In this document: in pieces, positions 50,623 to 53,332 of the stretch
How positions within the stretch are numbered: the stretch's first letter is position 1
Layout of the letters: each line of letters begins with the position of its first letter
Source: Octopus bimaculoides
Taxonomy: Eukaryota
Direction of reading: 5' to 3'
Assembly (NCBI RefSeq): GCF_001194135.2
Contig: NC_068982.1
Coordinates: forward strand, 33,628,029 to 33,681,360
DNA length: 53,332 nt
Translations under genes and position numbers: made by a program
Notes under the pieces: model-generated
Databases searched by the model: none
Seen by the model: only the letters and a program-made list of their open reading frames with translations
Told to the model about the DNA's origin: nothing

Positions 50623-52002
50623 AATAACCCAAACACACCTTGCTTCTGTCCTCACTCACTATACTATTCACCTCATACCTCTTTGGATACCTCTTTGCCA
50701 CTGTTTACCTATTTGGAGACAGAACTAATTCATTCTCACTCACTCCCCTAAATTTGAACAGCCATGTAGTTCCTCTAAAACATAAACCTGCTGCTCTGCT
50801 CCAACCTCTTCTCTCGTACCTTAACCTCATCAAGTGTAAGGATGCACTCCCACCCTTGCCCCTGCCTCAGGTTATGTAGACTTGTGAGCTGCATGGTGAC
50901 CTCAATTGAGCCAGTAGCATAAAAAGAGTACTTAGTACACACTGTAAAGTGGTTGGCGTTAGGGAAAGCATCTAACTGTAGAAATCATGTCAGAGCAGAC
51001 ATCTGACCCATCTGATCATGGGTGATGATGATAATGATAATATAACTTTATGGAAAGATTAGCTGAGTTTAATATACAAACTAAGGCGGTGTGCTGGCAG
51101 AATCGCTAGTAGCATTTCATGCATCTTTACATTCTGAGTTCCAATTCCACCAAAGACAACTTTGCCTTTCATCCTTTTGGGGGATCGATAATAAATTTGT
51201 ACCAGGTGAAGGCTAGGGTTGATGTAATTGACTTGACCCCCTCCCCCGAACTTACTGGCCTTGTGCCAAAATTTGAAACCAATATACAAACTAGCATTTA
51301 AGGTACAACAGGTGTGGCAGGAACAGAAGGCAGGTACACCAGTGATCATCAAGCAGGATTGGCATAAAGCTGGCAAGTTCAAAGGAGAAGAATGATTCAA
51401 GAAAAAAAGGTATGTGAAGATATAGAAAGCCCCCCAAAGAGTATTTAAAGGCCAGTAATTAACTCTGTTTCATAGTTTATAGCAGATGATAGATAAATCT
51501 CTTCCTGATAGTATTCCCAGATAATTTACTACATAGGAATACTTTATTTTCACTTGGTACCTATTCTTGACAACTAAGTAAAGACATGCTGCAGTTTTTA
51601 ATTTGCAACCTATGAACAGATAGCTTGGTATTGTACCCACTAGGCCATTTTATTTTTTCAAGTAAAAAAGGTGGTGGCGGTGGCAGCAGCAGCATAGAAT
51701 TAAGTCATGGGGTGGGGCTTGTAAAATTTCAAATGTAATAAAAGCTTTCTTGTCACTAGACAGGTCTTTAAAAAAAAAAAATGACTGATTATATGTGTTT
51801 GTTGAATAAATTACTCTTGTGTAGGTCATGTTTGTATTTTCTGAAAAGATTAGCAAATATTCACAGCTTGAATATATTTTGATACTGGAAGAAAGAAAAA
51901 AAAATACCACTGTTTTTAATGCTGTCTTGCATTCTTAGCTATGTGAAAAATATGATGGGACTATGATGAGAGATTATCAAAGGGTTTTAGGCATAGTATT
52001 AA

Positions 52003-52525
52003 CTCATTTGATACCAACCTACATGAGACTGTACTTGGTTCTTTGACACAAGCTCCCTGTTTTAAAATGATTTAACGCTTTAGCATTTAAACCGATCATA
52101 TCCAGCATAAATATTCTACTTGTCTCATGTCCAAACTGACCAGATCGGGCCTCTTGCACCTACCTTACAATGTCATTCTAAAAATATACAATCACATCAT
52201 CAAAATCTCAAAGCTACAAGATAATACATAATTCAAAACAATGTGAATAAATAAGCATTACGACACAGTAATCTGAATTCTAAAGGATCAAATTGAAACC
52301 TTCCAAAATTTCATATTAATTCATGCTTCAAACACCAGATTCCACCTGTTGTTATTCTCAAACCAGCCACATCCAACTTTTCACACTTACCCAACAACCT
52401 CATTCTAAAACTAAATGACCACACGTCAAATTCTCAAAACTATGAGATAATGCATGATTTATTTAAAATGATGGGAATAGATAAGCATTGCATCTGACAG
52501 AGTTAATCTGAATGCCAATGGATCA
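52003..52525. mobile_element. Composite MITE cluster: family 1 interrupted by family 2 (52076-52287), followed by another family-2 remnant
   Basis: Family-1 sequence resumes after TCAA at 52291; TTAA at 52072. Confidence 0.75.
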
Positions 52526-52528
52526 ATA

Positions 52529-52924
52529 ATCATCATCATCATCATCATCGTTTAACGTCCGCTTTCCATGCTAGCATGGGTTGGACAATTTGACTGAGGA
52601 CTGGTGAAACCAGATGGCTACACCAGGCTCCAATCTGATTTGGCAGAGTTTCTACAGTTGGATGCCCTTCCTAACGCCAACCACTCAGAGAGTGTAGTGG
52701 GTGCTTTTACGTGTTACGCGCACGAAGGCCAGTCAGGCAGTACTGGCAACGGCCACGCTCATCTCGCTCGAGAAACCTCATGTGTCACCCGCACAAGAGC
52801 CAGCCCAGGGGCACCGGCAACGATCTCGCTCGAAAATCCTACAACAACCCCACACAAGAGCCAGTTCAGGGGCACCGGCAACGATCTCGCTCGAAGAAAT
52901 TTCATGTGTCACCCGCACAAGAGC
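52529..52924 (-). mobile_element. Young RTE 3' UTR copy with an internal tandem array of about 61-bp units
   Basis: Same tail; gcaacgatctcgctcga..cacaagagcc units repeated. Confidence 0.9.
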
Positions 52925-53020
52925 TAAGTGGACATAAAATGAATGAAATAATACACATACATACACACACAAACAAACAAGCACACACATACATGCAAGT
53001 TCAAGTTTAATATGCACATA

Positions 53021-53170
53021 GGCGCAGGAGTGGCTGTATGGTAAGTAGCTTGCTTACCAACTACATGGTTCTGGGTTCAGTCCCACTGCGTGGCACCTTG
53101 GGCAAGTGTCTTCTACTATAGCCTCGGGCCGACCAAAGCCTTTGGTAGACGGAAACTGAAAGAAGGCCCA
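53021..53170 (+). mobile_element. Young tRNA-derived SINE family A head (CORE-like ccttgggcaagt motif) followed by a (TA)/(TG) tract to the window end
   Basis: A-box-like TGGCTGTATGG and B-box-like GGTTCAGTCCC. Octopus OR-type SINEs are described as CORE-SINEs, but I cannot assign the exact family. Confidence 0.85.
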
Positions 53171-53211
53171 TCGTATATATGTGTATATATGTATATATGT
53201 GTATATATGTG

Positions 53212-53286
<75 letters not shown>

Positions 53287-53301
53287 ATATATATATATAT
53301 A

Positions 53302-53332
<31 letters not shown>

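Noticed and set aside
53021-53100. tRNA-like A/B boxes here and in other SINE heads as tRNA genes
   Set aside because: No complete cloverleaf, and each continues into SINE body sequence.

Overview
This is AT-rich animal genomic DNA from a gapped draft scaffold with nine N-gaps. The SINE, RTE and microsatellite landscape points to an octopus (inference). There is no prokaryotic content, CRISPR array or intact RNA gene. The window holds the 5' part of one large minus-strand gene. Three phase-compatible coding exons (41577-41448, 11752-11555, 2845-2570) splice into a 201-codon frame. The last two encode the N-terminal DBB-like domain of Lbc-family RhoGEFs (AKAP13/ARHGEF28 type); the first is invisible in the ORF track and adds a basic N-terminal extension. 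The gene continues past base 1, so the DH-PH core is not seen. The rest is intronic or upstream and full of repeats: young and old RTE LINE pieces, at least four SINE families, R4/Dong-like and other RLE-type remnants, a Penelope-like remnant, an internally deleted mariner, a hAT MITE, TTAA-flanked piggyBac-like MITEs and many microsatellites. I found no new multi-gene system. The most unusual signals are the hidden first exon, telomeric repeats at the 5' truncation point of an RTE copy, tandem duplications at RTE 5' junctions, SINE tail swapping, and nested insertions that have empty-site controls inside the window. Exon, TIR and TSD coordinates were read base by base. Boundaries of decayed repeats are approximate (about +/-20 bp). 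Homologies come from my recall of family sequences, not from database searches.
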